From a virus (lineage: Duplodnaviria > Caudoviricetes), in IMG/VR virus record IMGVR_UViG_3300016478_000029, positions 1 to 37,301 of that record: a stretch of DNA of 37,301 nucleotides. One strand, given 5' to 3'. The notes under the pieces are model-generated. The model searched no databases. It had not been told where the DNA came from and worked only from the letters and a program-made list of their open reading frames with translations. Below, piece after piece: positions 36,606 through 37,301 of this stretch. A program made the position numbers and the translations under genes. Each line of letters begins with the position of its first letter. Position 1 is the stretch's first letter.

Positions 36606-37278
36606 TCGGCGGCTCCCACATTTGGTTCTCTGTCCTGCGAAGCCACAACAGCCTTGCATCCTCTAACACACGTTCTTCGCCCATTACCTCCACACAAGAC
36701 CGGTACAGCTGGTATTCCGTCTTCGCATCGGCAAGGATTTTCTCCGCTTTCTTGGGGCCAATCCCCGGCGCACCCTTCACATTGTCTGCAATATCCCCCG
36801 TCAACACTTGGGTGTAGAAGAATCGCAGGCCTTGTTCCGGTGTTACCCATGTCTTTTCCCTTTTGTTAAAGTTGTAGTGCCAACCGGGAACCTGTAAGAA
36901 GTCTTTGTCGATAGAGACGATAACGCATTTATCAACACCCAATTCAGTGGCTCGGATGGCAATAGCATCATCTGCTTCTTGACCATCTGTTTCCACTGCG
37001 CCAAACGCCCATTTGACATACTCACGCAACGCTGGTAGGTGCTTTGGTCGTGGTTTGTCAACTCGGTTTCCTTTGTAGGGTGCTGTCTTTGCAATGTCAT
37101 ATCTAAAGTTGTTCTTTCCGGTGAGGTATAGTTCAAATTCATATACATCCTCCAAGTCAAACAACATCAAGTCTTCAAGAGAGGTAGCCATCGTAGTGAG
37201 TGCATACCCCTCTGGTTCATCTTCGGTGGTGGCAGCTACCCGATAACAGAGGATGTCAGCATCGAGTAGCGCAATCAT
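36592..37278 (-). CDS. 5'-3' exonuclease (T7 gp6-like)
   Basis: LLDAD, YKGNR, EADD, DKD and GDIADNVKGAPGIGPKKA. Confidence 0.95.
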   Translation of the reverse strand: MIALLDADILCYRVAATTEDEPEGYALTTMATSLEDLMLFDLEDVYEFELYLTGKNNFRYDIAKTAPYKGNRVDKPRPKHLPALREYVKWAFGAVETDGQEADDAIAIRATELGVDKCVIVSIDKDFLQVPGWHYNFNKREKTWVTPEQGLRFFYTQVLTGDIADNVKGAPGIGPKKAEKILADAKTEYQLYRSCVEVMGEERVLEDARLLWLRRTENQMWEPPNETV

Positions 37279-37301
37279 CACAGAACTTCGTCGTCTTCGT
37301 C
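37278..37301 (-). CDS. C-terminal acidic tail (DEDDEVL*) of the SSB gene
   Basis: In frame with 384..1 when the ends are joined. Its TGA overlaps the exonuclease ATG (TGATG). Confidence 0.8.
   Translation of the reverse strand, partial: DEDDEVL

Overview
The window is an apparently complete, circularly permuted 37.3 kb genome of a podovirus-like tailed phage. An ssDNA-binding-protein gene (384..1, minus strand) continues in frame across the junction into 37301..37278. One arm (minus strand, about 9.7 kb leftwards, wrapping to 32.5 kb) carries small early genes and a T7-like replisome without an RNA polymerase: primase-helicase, family A polymerase, SSB and 5'-3' exonuclease. It also carries nucleotide-metabolism genes: thyX, class II ribonucleotide reductase, a MazG-like protein and a metallophosphoesterase. 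The other arm (plus strand, 10.2-32.5 kb) carries terminase, portal, scaffold, capsid, fibers, tail adaptor/nozzle, three ejection-type proteins, an M15 endolysin and a holin. Several HNH-like genes are interspersed. I see no integrase, CI-like repressor, ParA/B or Rep gene. The most striking feature is the divergent control region (9.75-10.2 kb). It holds three host LexA (SOS) boxes, two lying on a sigma70-like promoter, followed by four perfect, helically phased host DnaA boxes and an AT-rich tract. This suggests either host-LexA-gated, DnaA-replicated episomal dormancy or a DNA decoy that titrates LexA and DnaA. Family assignments are from motif recognition by eye, not database searches.
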